A stretch of 37,912 bases of DNA from Dirinaria sp. TL-2023a (taxonomy: Eukaryota), in assembly GCA_051941275.1 (NCBI GenBank), contig JAVEBF010000057.1:1-37912 (forward strand). The letters are read 5' to 3'. The translations under genes and the position numbers were made by a program. Of the stretch, positions 21,477-32,215 are shown piece after piece (within the stretch, counting starts at the first letter, position 1; every line of letters begins with the position of its first letter). Under the pieces are notes generated by a model. The model worked only from the letters and a program-made list of their open reading frames with translations. It made no database searches and was not told the origin of the DNA.

Positions 21477-24400
21477 TTACAGCCCTAATTTACTCGAAAT
21501 CACGCCCATGACCGCCTTTCGTTTTTGATTGCTGACGAATTTGCTCACATCATCCGCGAACCCGCCGCTGTTGTCCTCGAGTTTGTTCATCGATTCGCCG
21601 GTCAAGCCGAGGGTTTCCGTCCGTTCCTGGACTTGCCGCTGCATGTACGCCCAATAGCTCTCGTTCGAGCGCTCCCCGGGAGCTGGAGAAGACGAAGAAG
21701 AGGCAGCAGATGAGGCTTGGCGAGCTGCCGCGCGCTGGGCTTTCTCGTCCTGCTTCATTTGTTCAACCATGCGCTGCGAGGGTGGACGATCGGGCCCGCC
21801 GATGAGCTTGTCCATGTCTGCTGGTGTTACGTATGATGTCCCTGATAGCCATTGCATGTTTGAGATGGTCGGTCTTGGCGGTATGAGTGCCTCTGGATTG
21901 AACACCTTGTCCAAGGACCTGGTCAGATCTTCGCCATTGCCCCAGATATTGAGTACGGCGGTCTCGGAGGGACCAGCCCATCCAATTATCTCACCAGTGG
22001 GCGTAATGATTGCCTCCGAGAGCCGCCGTACATCGAGAGTCTCAGAAACGTTTCTTGAGCTCATCTCCTTCAGTCCAGGTATTGAGAATGTTTTCACGCA
22101 GCCATGACCGAAAAGCCCGGCCAGGATATAGCCAGAAGCGCCGAATCGAACTGTACCGGCACTGTAGCAGATGTAGTCGTCCCATGATTTGTGCGCTCCC
22201 TTTGCAGCTGCGGGTTTGAAGATCCTTGCACCGGTACTTGTCACAACCAACAATGTGCCATTGACCCTTGCACCCTGACGCAAATCAGCAACGATCGATT
22301 GGTTTGCGTCTGCAGGCGCTCCAGTATCTATATCGATTGGCGATATTGATAATATGTTGTCGTCGACCGAAGTAGTACCGGCAAGGTTTACAGAGTAACC
22401 TCCTGTTGATTCTGGAAGCAGTTTAAAGGTGGCGAGCCGGCCACGGTTTGTGCCAACGAAAAGACAGATGCTAGAATAGTCTGTGACTTCGTGAGCAACG
22501 AACAGGTAGCCTGGGCGCGACACTCACCTTCACCATCAAGAGAAAGGACGCCGAACTCGATGCACCTCGGCCATTCAGCCGCATTATCCTGGGTACTACT
22601 TTTTCGGAAGCTCGACCTCTTACCTTGCTTTGCAGCGACATCGCTCAGACCTGCATTATAGATGACTGCAGGGCCTCTTAGATCGATCACAGCAATGTTA
22701 CCTCCTTCAAACCCAGCTGCAATAAATCCGATGTCACTTGTCTTCAGCGCGGTCACTGAACCTTGCTGCTGACTTAACAGGCTTAGCGGTAGCAGGCCTT
22801 CCTTTAGCCCGGGCTCAGATCGATCTTTGATGGCTTCGAGTCCAAGGCCATAAGCCTCCTCGTGAGGCACTTCGTGGCCAAAGTATTGGTTACGACCCCA
22901 ACGAAAGATTACGACCTCACCGTTTTGCAATCCCACCGCCAGCTCTCCGGTCGCAGCGGACATCGACATATGCACAATATCTACGTCTGCTGAACGGCCT
23001 ACTGCCCGTGCAACATCGGCCTGTAACGCGGCCCCGTTCTCGATTTCGTCACCATGTCCGACATCCCAGATACGAATGACGCCATCCGCATGGGCAGTCT
23101 GCATTATGTTTCGGTTGGCGAAACCTGACAGTGCGCGCTTCTGCTCCGCTCCACCTTTAAGGATCGGTGGACCACGAGGCCGCTTTTCTGTCATACCCAG
23201 CCACTGCGTGCGCGGTATGTAGGCCATAGATATACGATTTGCAAAAGGATGCACATAGCTGAGTGATACGTGCAATTGGTTTGTGGGGGTTATAGGATGA
23301 CCAGATGGAAAGCTAAGCGTGATGACGGCACCAGAAGCAAGAAGAGCAATTACCGCTATTGGATCTTGTGATCCGGCGAAGTAAGGAGACTGACGAGGTA
23401 TGAGACAGAAATCGACGACCTCTGCAAATGGAGGTGTCGGGAGAAGCAGTTGCCTTTTAGGCTTTTCGAAGTGATCGGAGAGAATTTGCCATGACGAAGT
23501 CGTATAATTAGGCGTCAGTCCAAGATCCATGAAAGTCATACCCTTATCAGGATTGTTCGTGAGGGCTCCACCAGCAACCAGAAGCCCTGTGTCATCTGGG
23601 TTCTCCTTCGCACACCACGCAATCTTGAACAACGGCTCTTTGACGGCAAATGTTGGCGACCTGGATTGCGTGGCAGCAGACGACCCTGGGATATCCACAT
23701 TGGTAGCTTGCAGTGTTCTAGCCAAGATTTTCCTCCCGTCCTTTGGATCCCACACTACAAGGCTGGAGTCTTCGTGGCCTGTAACAATAAAGGTGCCTGT
23801 CGGGTGCCATACAGCCTGGGTCAAACGGGGTGCACGGGCTCTGCTCGCCAGCGCTGGATCTGAGTCACCACCGAGTGCGCCTGCGGGTACTTCATATCGG
23901 AAGAATTTGGTAGCTTTGTTCGATTGGAATGAGAAGATAACTGCTCCCTCAGGATAAGCTATCAACAATGATCCGATATCGCGTGGATGGAATGCCATCG
24001 ACGTCACAGGCATCATACGAGTGCGCGGATATTGCTCTCTCCAGAGATTTGAGATCCGGAAGGGAGCCACCCCTTGCCGGTCCATATCATAGGATACAGT
24101 TTCTCCTTTACAAAATTGTAAGCACTTGAACACCTATGAGGTTGGCGAGCCGTGGTACCATTTTGGAGGCCTAGTAGCGCATAGTCCAAGGCTGGGTCAC
24201 TTAACAAAGTTGTTATGTGACTTGGGGGAGAATAGGAGGCGATTATCCTGGTTGATGGCAAGGAATAGATGGCCAATTCATTCTTCGAGTCCACGCTTAA
24301 TATTTTATCTGCGCAGAATTGGAGTATCTTGACGGATGCCTTGCGTGGTAACGTGAGCGTAGCACAGACCCGCGCTTGTCCGAAGATATAGATTTGTCCA

Positions 24401-24640
24401 CTGCCATACTGGCTCTCTGCTGTACCGACTGCAAGCAAGCTCTGCACGGGATCGTAGGCTAGAGTGCTGATTTGAGAATTGATGCCATACCGGGCTACCT
24501 ACCCTCGCACTTAGTGATACAGTCTCTAGGGAGGTGGACATTTGCAACAGTACCAAGTCAATGGCAACTCGCTGAGGATCCAAGCCAGCGGAAAAATCCC
24601 GTTGAATACCAGCTTGCTTGCCTCGGAGGAATTGAGCCAT
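21477..24640 (-). CDS. SRO7: Lethal giant larvae / tomosyn-like WD40 exocytosis protein Sro7/Sro77. Exons 24640-24554, 24498-24159, 24105-22528, 22480-21477
   Basis: FLRGKQAGIQRDFSAG, ARYGINSQISTLAYDPVQSLLAVGT, FHPRDIGSLLI, WHPTGTFIVTGHED, SDIGFIAAGFEGG..VIDLRGP, IPPRPTISNMQW, and a C-terminal R-SNARE-like coil (YMQRQVQERTE.L). Confidence 0.93.
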
Positions 24641-24840
24641 CGCTCGAGGGCATAAATTACGACATTCAATATGCTAGCGATCAACCGGCTTTGTTCTCCG
24701 AGAACTGGGCTTCCATGAAACGGTGCGTGCGAGGCTTCTGGTATGAGTGAAGTATTGATAGAAGGTACCTTAGCAATGCAGAGCTAAAGGCCAATTATGC
24801 AAGATGCCTTGCGGTGCCGCTGACTAAGGCAGCCACATCT

Positions 24841-25049
24841 CCCCTCTCACCCCCTCGGCCCGTGCTCCATCAGCCTTATCAAAAGCTTAATCTACTAGTG
24901 CGGCAGCTCTCCCAGTGACTTCATGTTCGAGGGGTTGGCACTTGGCATAAGGTACATAAGGTACCGTAGTTCATCGCTTTTCCGCAGCCATCCGCTCATA
25001 GAAGAGAAGTTCCACCGCATGAAATAAAATCGTTTTCCTCATATAATAA
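24841..25049 (+). promoter_or_regulatory. SRO7/PDC divergent promoter with STRE-like sites, a tandem 9-mer and a TATA box
   Basis: CCCCT at 24841 and 24851, AGGGG at 24930, tandem ATAAGGTAC x2 (24948-24965), and TATATAAA at 25042, about 60 nt before the PDC ATG. Confidence 0.45.
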
Positions 25050-25103
25050 ATAATACTTCCGTGGCCTAAGCTGGGCATCGATAGCCTCATAACGTTATCA
25101 ATC

Positions 25104-27081
25104 ATGGCCTCGGATATCAGAACCTCAGAGCTCGTTGATCCTGTGGACGTCGCGGAATACTTATTTCGCAGGCTTCACGAGGTCGGCGTCCGGGGCGTTC
25201 ATGGCGTTCCCGGAGACTACAATCTGGTATGCCAAGCCTACGTATCCCTGGGTAGTGAAATGCTTACCATGTCCAGGTTGCGCTCGACTATATACCGAAG
25301 GCTGGCTTGAGTTGGGTCGGCAATGTCAACGAGCTCAATGCGGGTAGTTTCGCTTCAAAGGCTCCAGAGGCATGCAAACTAATCCTCCATAAGGCTATGC
25401 GGCAGACGGTTATGCACGAGTGAAAGGCATATCGGCCATTATTACAACATTCGGCGTTGGCGAGCTCTCTGCCATCAATGCTATTGCAGGAGCATATTCG
25501 GAATATGTCCCCGTTGTACACATCGTGGGCACGCCATCAACCCTGTCCCAGCGGGACGGCATGCTACTCCATCATACTCTCGGAAACGGCAACTTCGAGG
25601 TCTTTGCTGATATGAGCAAGAATATTTCGTGTGCAGTGGCCAAACTGAATGACCCTTACGAAGCCGCTATGCTTATAGACCACGCAATTCGAGAATGTTG
25701 GATCCAATCACGGCCCGTCTATATCACACTCCCTACGGATATGGTACAGAAGAAGGTAGAGGGAGCCAGGTTGAAGACACCAATTGATCTAACACACCCA
25801 CCCAATGACCAAGAAAAGGAAGATTACGTCGTTGAGGTAGTCTTAAAGTACCTTCACGCCGCAAAGAACCCCATTATTTTGGTTGATGCATGTGCTCAGC
25901 GACACCAAGTATTGAAGGAGACCCATGAATTAGTTGAAAAATCCAATCTGCCAACTTTCGTTGCACCGATGGGTAAAGGCGCAATCGATGAGACACTGCC
26001 TAACTACGGTGGTGTGTACGCTGGTGAGCCTTCTTCGTTTGTCAGCAAGCCGACATTCGTTAATTCTCTTCTAGGCGACGGGAGCAATAGAGGGGTGCGA
26101 GAACGTGTTGAATCAGCCGACCTTATCTTGAGTATCGGTGCTATCAAGTCCGATTTCAATACCGCTGGTTTCACCTACAAAATCAGCCAGCTCTCTACCA
26201 TTGATTTCCACAGCAGCTATGTCAGAGTACGATATTCAGAATACCCAGGAGTAAGGATGCAGGGCGTGCTTAGGAAGGTCATAGACCAGATGGGTAATTT
26301 AAACGTTCAGCCCGGGCCTACGCCCAGCAACGTGATCGCGAAAGAAGACCAAGGCATGTCTAAGGGTGAGGTCATAACCCACGACTGGCTCTGGCCTCGA
26401 GTAGGACAGTGGCTGCAGCCTGAAGATATAGTGGTCACCGAAACTGGAACTGCCAATTTTGGAATTTGGGAGACTAAATTTCCAAAAGGGGTAACCGCGC
26501 TGTCACAAGTACTTTGGGGGTCGATTGGGTACTCTGTTGGGGCTTGTCAAGGCGCTGCTCTTGCGGCAAAGGAAACGGGCAGTAGACGAACGATCTTGTT
26601 TGTAGGGGATGGCTCATTCGAACTCACGGCGCAAGAAGTCAGCACGATGATCCGACAAGACCTCAAGACCACAATGTAGGCTTATCTGCGGAAAAGTAGC
26701 CTTAGCACTCAGCTGACTTCTTTAGATTCGTCATCTGCAACGAAGGCTACACAATTGAGCGATACATACACGGCATGGATGCAGCCTATAATGACATCAA
26801 CCAGTGGAAGTTCAAGGATCTCGTAGATGTTTTCGGCGCAGATCCTAAGAGGTCGAAAACATTTCAAGTGAAGACAAAGCAGGAAGCCGAAGACCTTTTC
26901 AATAATCAGGAATTTTGTTCAGCTGCTCACCTGCAGGTTTGTCAAGTCCAGCAGATATCCTGCCTCCAAACATCATGGCTAACGAGCTTAGTTTGTGGAA
27001 TTATATATGCCCAAAGAGGATGCTCCAAAAGCCCTGAAGATGACGGCGGAAGCCTCCGCAAAGACAAATGCAAAGCAGTAA
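25104..27081 (+). CDS. pdcA: Pyruvate decarboxylase (TPP-dependent). Exons 25104-25226, 25277-25343, 25394-26023, 26075-26675, 26726-26936, 26992-27081
   Basis: [51 protein letters not shown] and the TPP motif [11 protein letters not shown]...[10 protein letters not shown]. Confidence 0.96.
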
Positions 27082-27494
27082 GCCGTTGAGTCAGAATTAG
27101 GGATTGACGAAGTGACTCTATTTCGGGCTTCCGCGCTGTCAATAGCGCTAATTGATCCCCCATGTGAGCAGGGGAGGCATTGAATCAGTAGTAGAGCTCC
27201 TATGAATATTTCACTCTGCTTGACGATAGAGACGTGTGGGATGGTCAATGATAAGTACCTGTCAATAATTGAGTGTAGAGTAAAGCAAAGTGGCAACTAA
27301 GGTGTGGCAGCCCCAAGTTTAGGGCTCGATGAGGTCTTGACATCAAGTCAAAACCCTTATATTGAGAGCCATCCCTATCCCAAATATTAGCGCTTAGCGT
27401 CATCCTTGCCTAGTGAGACTGTTAAATCTTGTGTCGTTCGCAACGTATAGGCGTTCGCAAAATGGAGTGATTGAAAGACTCCTGCTTTTACAGT

Positions 27495-28812
27495 ATGCAT
27501 GAAACAAGGAAACGTAAAACCGAAGATACTAGCAGTGACAGGGCAAAGAAGAAACCGAAGGTATGCAGAGTATCAGACTCTGACACTATTTCTCATTGAC
27601 CTATGATTTTGTTTGGCGTTGATAAGAGTACATATTCTGAGGCTTCGTATAGCAGTGGAGGGTGCCTAGGAAGGGTCAGACTGCCACCGATGTAGCTACG
27701 ACTGCCATTATTCCTGGGGAGGCAGGGATTTGGGTAACCTGCAACCGGGGCCAAGAAGCCAAGTGTACGGCAGAAGCCAGGGAATTCTTCAATGAGGTAG
27801 CAGTACATTGTTTTCTCCTCCAGATCATCGTCATTAAACAGAATCTAGCAAGCCAATGCCATCTACGGTATACCAAGTGGCGATGGCGATCTCGAAGGGG
27901 AAGATGACAAGAAGCCTGGGGTTGAAGCCGATATTGAGCAGGAGATCAGGTCAGAAATCACCGGGATCGAGCGAACGAGGAGAGATGCGCTGTTCCAGCC
28001 GGTGCGGATTGATGTGCAATGCGGTAAGCCTCCGGCTCCAATGCCATGGGCATGGCACCTGATCCTTGTGGTGTGGCAGTCCTGTTCTTTAGAACGCGAG
28101 CACCTGTTGAACCGGCGACCTTCGTGCACAAAATATGCACGCAGGCTCTGAATGCGACCAATAGCAGAAAACCATTACGGATCATGAGATTAACGCCTAT
28201 GACGCGAATGGGCAAAGCAAATGAGAAAGGGTTGGAAGATGTCTCCAAAGTGGTGCTAGAGCCTCATTTCCATGCTGAAGGGGTGACATCCAAAAAGGTA
28301 CGCAACAGGCAAACAAAATCATACGTGTGGCTGTCGGGTCTCGATCTCTGCAAGGCCTAAGATCGGAAACATCCGCAACGCTGCAGCAAATTGATGATTC
28401 CCTCGCTACAGACTGGGCTGCTGAAACGCACTCGATGCATCCTTTGCTGGCGTAAGATGCCCGTCGACTAACATTCATCCCGATGGAGTAGTTTGCGATC
28501 CGTACGACTATACGGAACCACAACAGTATGAAGAGAGACGACGTCATTAAACAGGTTGCCACGGCTGTTGGGCCGCAGCATTCTGTGGACCTCAAGGAGT
28601 ATGATCTCTTGATCCTTTTGGACATCTACAAGGTACAATCTTATTTGAGTTTGAGAGCCTATGACCTCCCCTGAGGCGTGTGCGAGTGTCTCGCTGACGA
28701 CCAATAGAACGTCCTGGGAATGAGCGTTGTGGGTAGCGACTTTGAAAAGTTGAAGCGATTCAACCTAGCTGAAATCTACGATCCAACGCCAAAGCCAGAA
28801 GTGCCGAAGTGA
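27495..28812 (+). CDS. TAN1: THUMP-domain tRNA acetylation adaptor Tan1/THUMPD1. Exons 27495-27560, 27653-27796, 27849-28023, 28080-28297, 28492-28632, 28708-28812
   Basis: GIWVTCNRGQEAKC, DIEQEIRSEI, CVLFFRTR.PVEP..FV..IC, RLTPMT, FAIRTTIRNHNSM.RD.VIK.VA, HSVDLKEYD..IL.DIYKNVLGMSVV..FEKLKRFNLAEIY. Exon 1/2 junction is less certain. Confidence 0.88.
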
Positions 28813-30005
28813 GGTAGCTCTCTCCGTCTCCAAATGCCGCCATAGCCGTCTGGGCGGAGAGCTTAGGGACGATGCATGGCGTCCGCACTCGCCTATAGCT
28901 CAATCCTTCACATGGTTTATTGGGATCAAGCCAACGAAAAGCGCCAGGTAGCGAGACCAAAGTCGGTTCCCGCACGCCTCCCCGTACCCACAATGGGTTT
29001 TATGAAACGTAGGAAGAGCGGAGGTTTGCTGACAAGTGGACGCGTAAGCGGAATGTGACAAATAACCCCTCAGCACTACCATCAGCCTTTGCCGTCATTC
29101 TGGAGGCTTGGTACTTTGGGTACATTAGCCTCTGGAAATCGCTTGGGAGGCTTTTGTGTCCTTTTTCTTCTTCTCAGGTTTGAGGTGACGGCGCGCGACG
29201 GAAAATCAGCGATTGGCGCAGAGACGCGAGCTTCCTCTCTTCGTTCCCACCCGAGCCACCCAGCCACACCTTCCAAGATGCTCCCGAGGCTCCCACTGGC
29301 AGGGTAAAGATGTCCCTAAACCGCTTTCTGCAATGCCACATTACCAATGCCGCCTGGCGCCGCTAACACCGGCCTTAACCGACCGAAAACGGCAATGGTA
29401 GACGAAATTCAATTGAGCCCCTTAAATAATCGGCTCTCCTAAACTCTCCCAAACCGCCAAACCTCTCCAAAGCCTGCCATTTGCCTTAACCCAAGCAAAA
29501 CCGCCCAAAACCTCCATCTCTTACCTGACTTAGCTTCTCCCCGGTCTTGCTTCCCATGTGTCGTCCATGGAATCCCCATGTGGCTTCCCGTTCCGGTGCA
29601 TAACGTGCTCTCGCTTTCTGAAGCGATGATGTCTCCATTTAAACCTTACCTGCTTTACATTAGGCACACTCTCTACCAAAGGCTCCTTTTCTTGCCACGC
29701 GTCTCGGCTGTCCAAACAATTGATTGGCGTCTGCTTCTATCATAGCGGTCAATGCTGTTTCAGTGGCGGTCCTTTTCGCTTATTGTCTCCAGCAGAACAC
29801 TATTCCTCCTGTACAAAGTCCGCTTCCCTGCCATTCAGCTCTCTTTCATGTCTGTGCTTTCATTGATTGCTCTCCTTGGGGTTGTTCATCCCCCCACTCA
29901 TCCACTCCTTCCTCCCTTCCTCCGTGCAGTTGCTTCTTATAGTCATTGAGCACCGCTGCCCCGTGTTGGAATTACCCGCGTGCTCTATGAAGCGAATCGT
30001 GAAGA

Positions 30006-31026
30006 ATGGCTGTACGTACTTCACCTGCCCAGGCTGCTCGAGGGCCCCATGATTCTCCTTTTCCTCCTCCATACCCTCTTTCAGCTCTAGATTCATTCCA
30101 AAAACTGGTACGCGACATATCGCGAGATCCCAACGATAGTAACTGTCAAATGGAAAACCTTGGAGGACATCTACACCATATCAAATTTGTCAAGTTGTCG
30201 AATGGATCTCGCTTCGTGCTCAAGATCAGCCCTCTCGCGAACACGGAGCTGCTACGACACGAGCGTCACTGTCTCAACTCGGAGGCGATCACCTTGTCTC
30301 TCCTTGCCAAGAGCAGACTTCCTATTCCCCAAGTTCTAAAGTTCGAGCCCAGAAGCGCCGACCTTGGATCTCCATTTTTGTTAATGACACACCTGCCCGG
30401 CATCCGCTACTCAACCGTGCGTCAATATCTGACGCGCTCTGAGCGCTCCAGCATTGAGCGGCAGCTCAGATCATTGGCTTCTATTATCGGTCAGCATGCG
30501 TCCTTGAGCTTTGGGCCCGTGTCTCTGGGCAAAGGCTACAAGAGCTGGCGCAAAGCCTTTCTCGAGATGCTGGAGTCTATTCTGATGGACGGGGAGGACA
30601 AGTTAGTGAGCTTGCCGTACGCACAGATAAGAAAGGAGGCTATTCGGTTTGGAAGCTCGTTAGATGAGGTAAAGGATGCGCGGTTGATCGTTATGGGACT
30701 TGGCTCACCAGAAAACGTGTTGATCGATCGGAGAACGAAGGAAGTCACAGGCCTGACAGACTTTGGAAGCGCCATGTGGGGGGACTGGGCGATAACGGAA
30801 ACTGCAGAGGGCGGAGGCCCCAAGCGATTACTGTAGGTCTCGACCATCTAGTGGCAAGCAGCATCCTGCTCACAATCTCAGGTATATATGCTACGAAGCG
30901 ATCGTGATCATTGTATCGAGCTATTACCGAGTCCTGGACGATCCGAAGGAACTCGACGCTCGGAAGACACTGACAGCAGCGCTGATGGAGCTTTCGACGA
31001 TGGACAGCGGAGAAAGGTCGGTGTGA
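30006..31026 (+). CDS. Aminoglycoside phosphotransferase / choline kinase-fold protein. Exons 30006-30832, 30882-31026
   Basis: FVLKISP...LLRHER..L.SEA, LPIPQVL, LGSPFLLM..LPG, SWRKAF..MLESIL.DGED, ENVLID...VTGLTDFGSAMWGD, and after the intron RLLLYICY.AIV.IV..YYR...ELDARK.LT.AL. Confidence 0.85.
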
Positions 31027-32215
31027 TGAAGTGGAGCTAGAAAAAATTGAAGCTGGAGCGCTATCATCAATCTTGGACAGTGCTCGCGACAGCCGCAGGG
31101 CGCATGGCGTAAGCATATCACTGCTTTTTCGAACGACGTGATGATTTGATGATCGGGCAAATGGGTGTTGTGGTCAATGTATTCACACTGATTTTTTCAA
31201 GCCGTCAGCGAGTACGCCTCGCTTGCGGCGCGAAACATCAATGCAGGGCATTGCCAGCATCTGGATACCTTACAGGTAGTTAGAGCGCTTAGGTAGTCCT
31301 GAGACTTGCCATAGGGAAATCGGTCTTAATAATATGAGTGAGCTTTCTGCAGTTATCATAGGCTAGTGAGTAGCGAGGCACTACCCTATTATACACCTGT
31401 GGTTCAGACTTGCCTGTGGCTTGTGGTGTCTCCGAAAGAAAGAGAGAGAAGTTACGTCTCAGCTCATGTAGGGTTCTCTGCCCAGCTGTCATTTTTTTGT
31501 CTGCATTATTAATTGCTGCTGCATGGAACACGAGTACCTCGTATCATGCGCTTGATAGCCGAATCCGGATTAGTCGATATTCGCTAGTGTCTTTTTCGGC
31601 AGTCGGAATGCAGCCTCGCAGTCCCTCTCGGATGTGAAGGGACTAGACCCGATGGACCGAAAACAAACCAACCTAAGCCTTCAACCTTCGTATCGCATTT
31701 CGTCGTCCTTCGCAGCTGTTGCTCCTCGTTGGTCGCTTGGAAAATAATGCTAGAAATCCTCTTCGTCGCCACCTCTTCTTGAGCGCAGGGCCACTTGAGG
31801 CTGCGTGCCAAGGAAGCGCACCTCGACCTGACATCCATCGCCTGGCAGCTACTTTGCGCTTCACCTTTCCGCTGTTACTTTCCGTATGCAAGCACTCTTT
31901 GAGTGACTCAAGACTGCTAGAGGTCTTTCACTGGGATCCTCCGTTCTCATCAATTGCTTTCGCTTTCTCAACCCTCCGAGTGTCACCTGCCACGGAATGC
32001 TACTCCCTCCATTGTGAACCTCTGAATAAACTTCACGGCCGGGGCTACGTACAGGACGAAGTATTGAGGCTACTAATATTGATACTGGAAAATATTTGCT
32101 TGGCGTCTGATGAGATCAGCCCTTTATGGAAAAGAGCTGGGTTGCTCTACAAATTCAGCCCTACTCCTCGGCTGAGCCTTGACCTGGCGACTGTCGCTCA
32201 CGGGGGCTATATACA

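Noticed and set aside
27435..27460. Direct repeat CGTTCGCAA x2 before TAN1, resembling a tRNA T-loop
   Set aside because: No cloverleaf or A/B-box geometry; at most a promoter motif.
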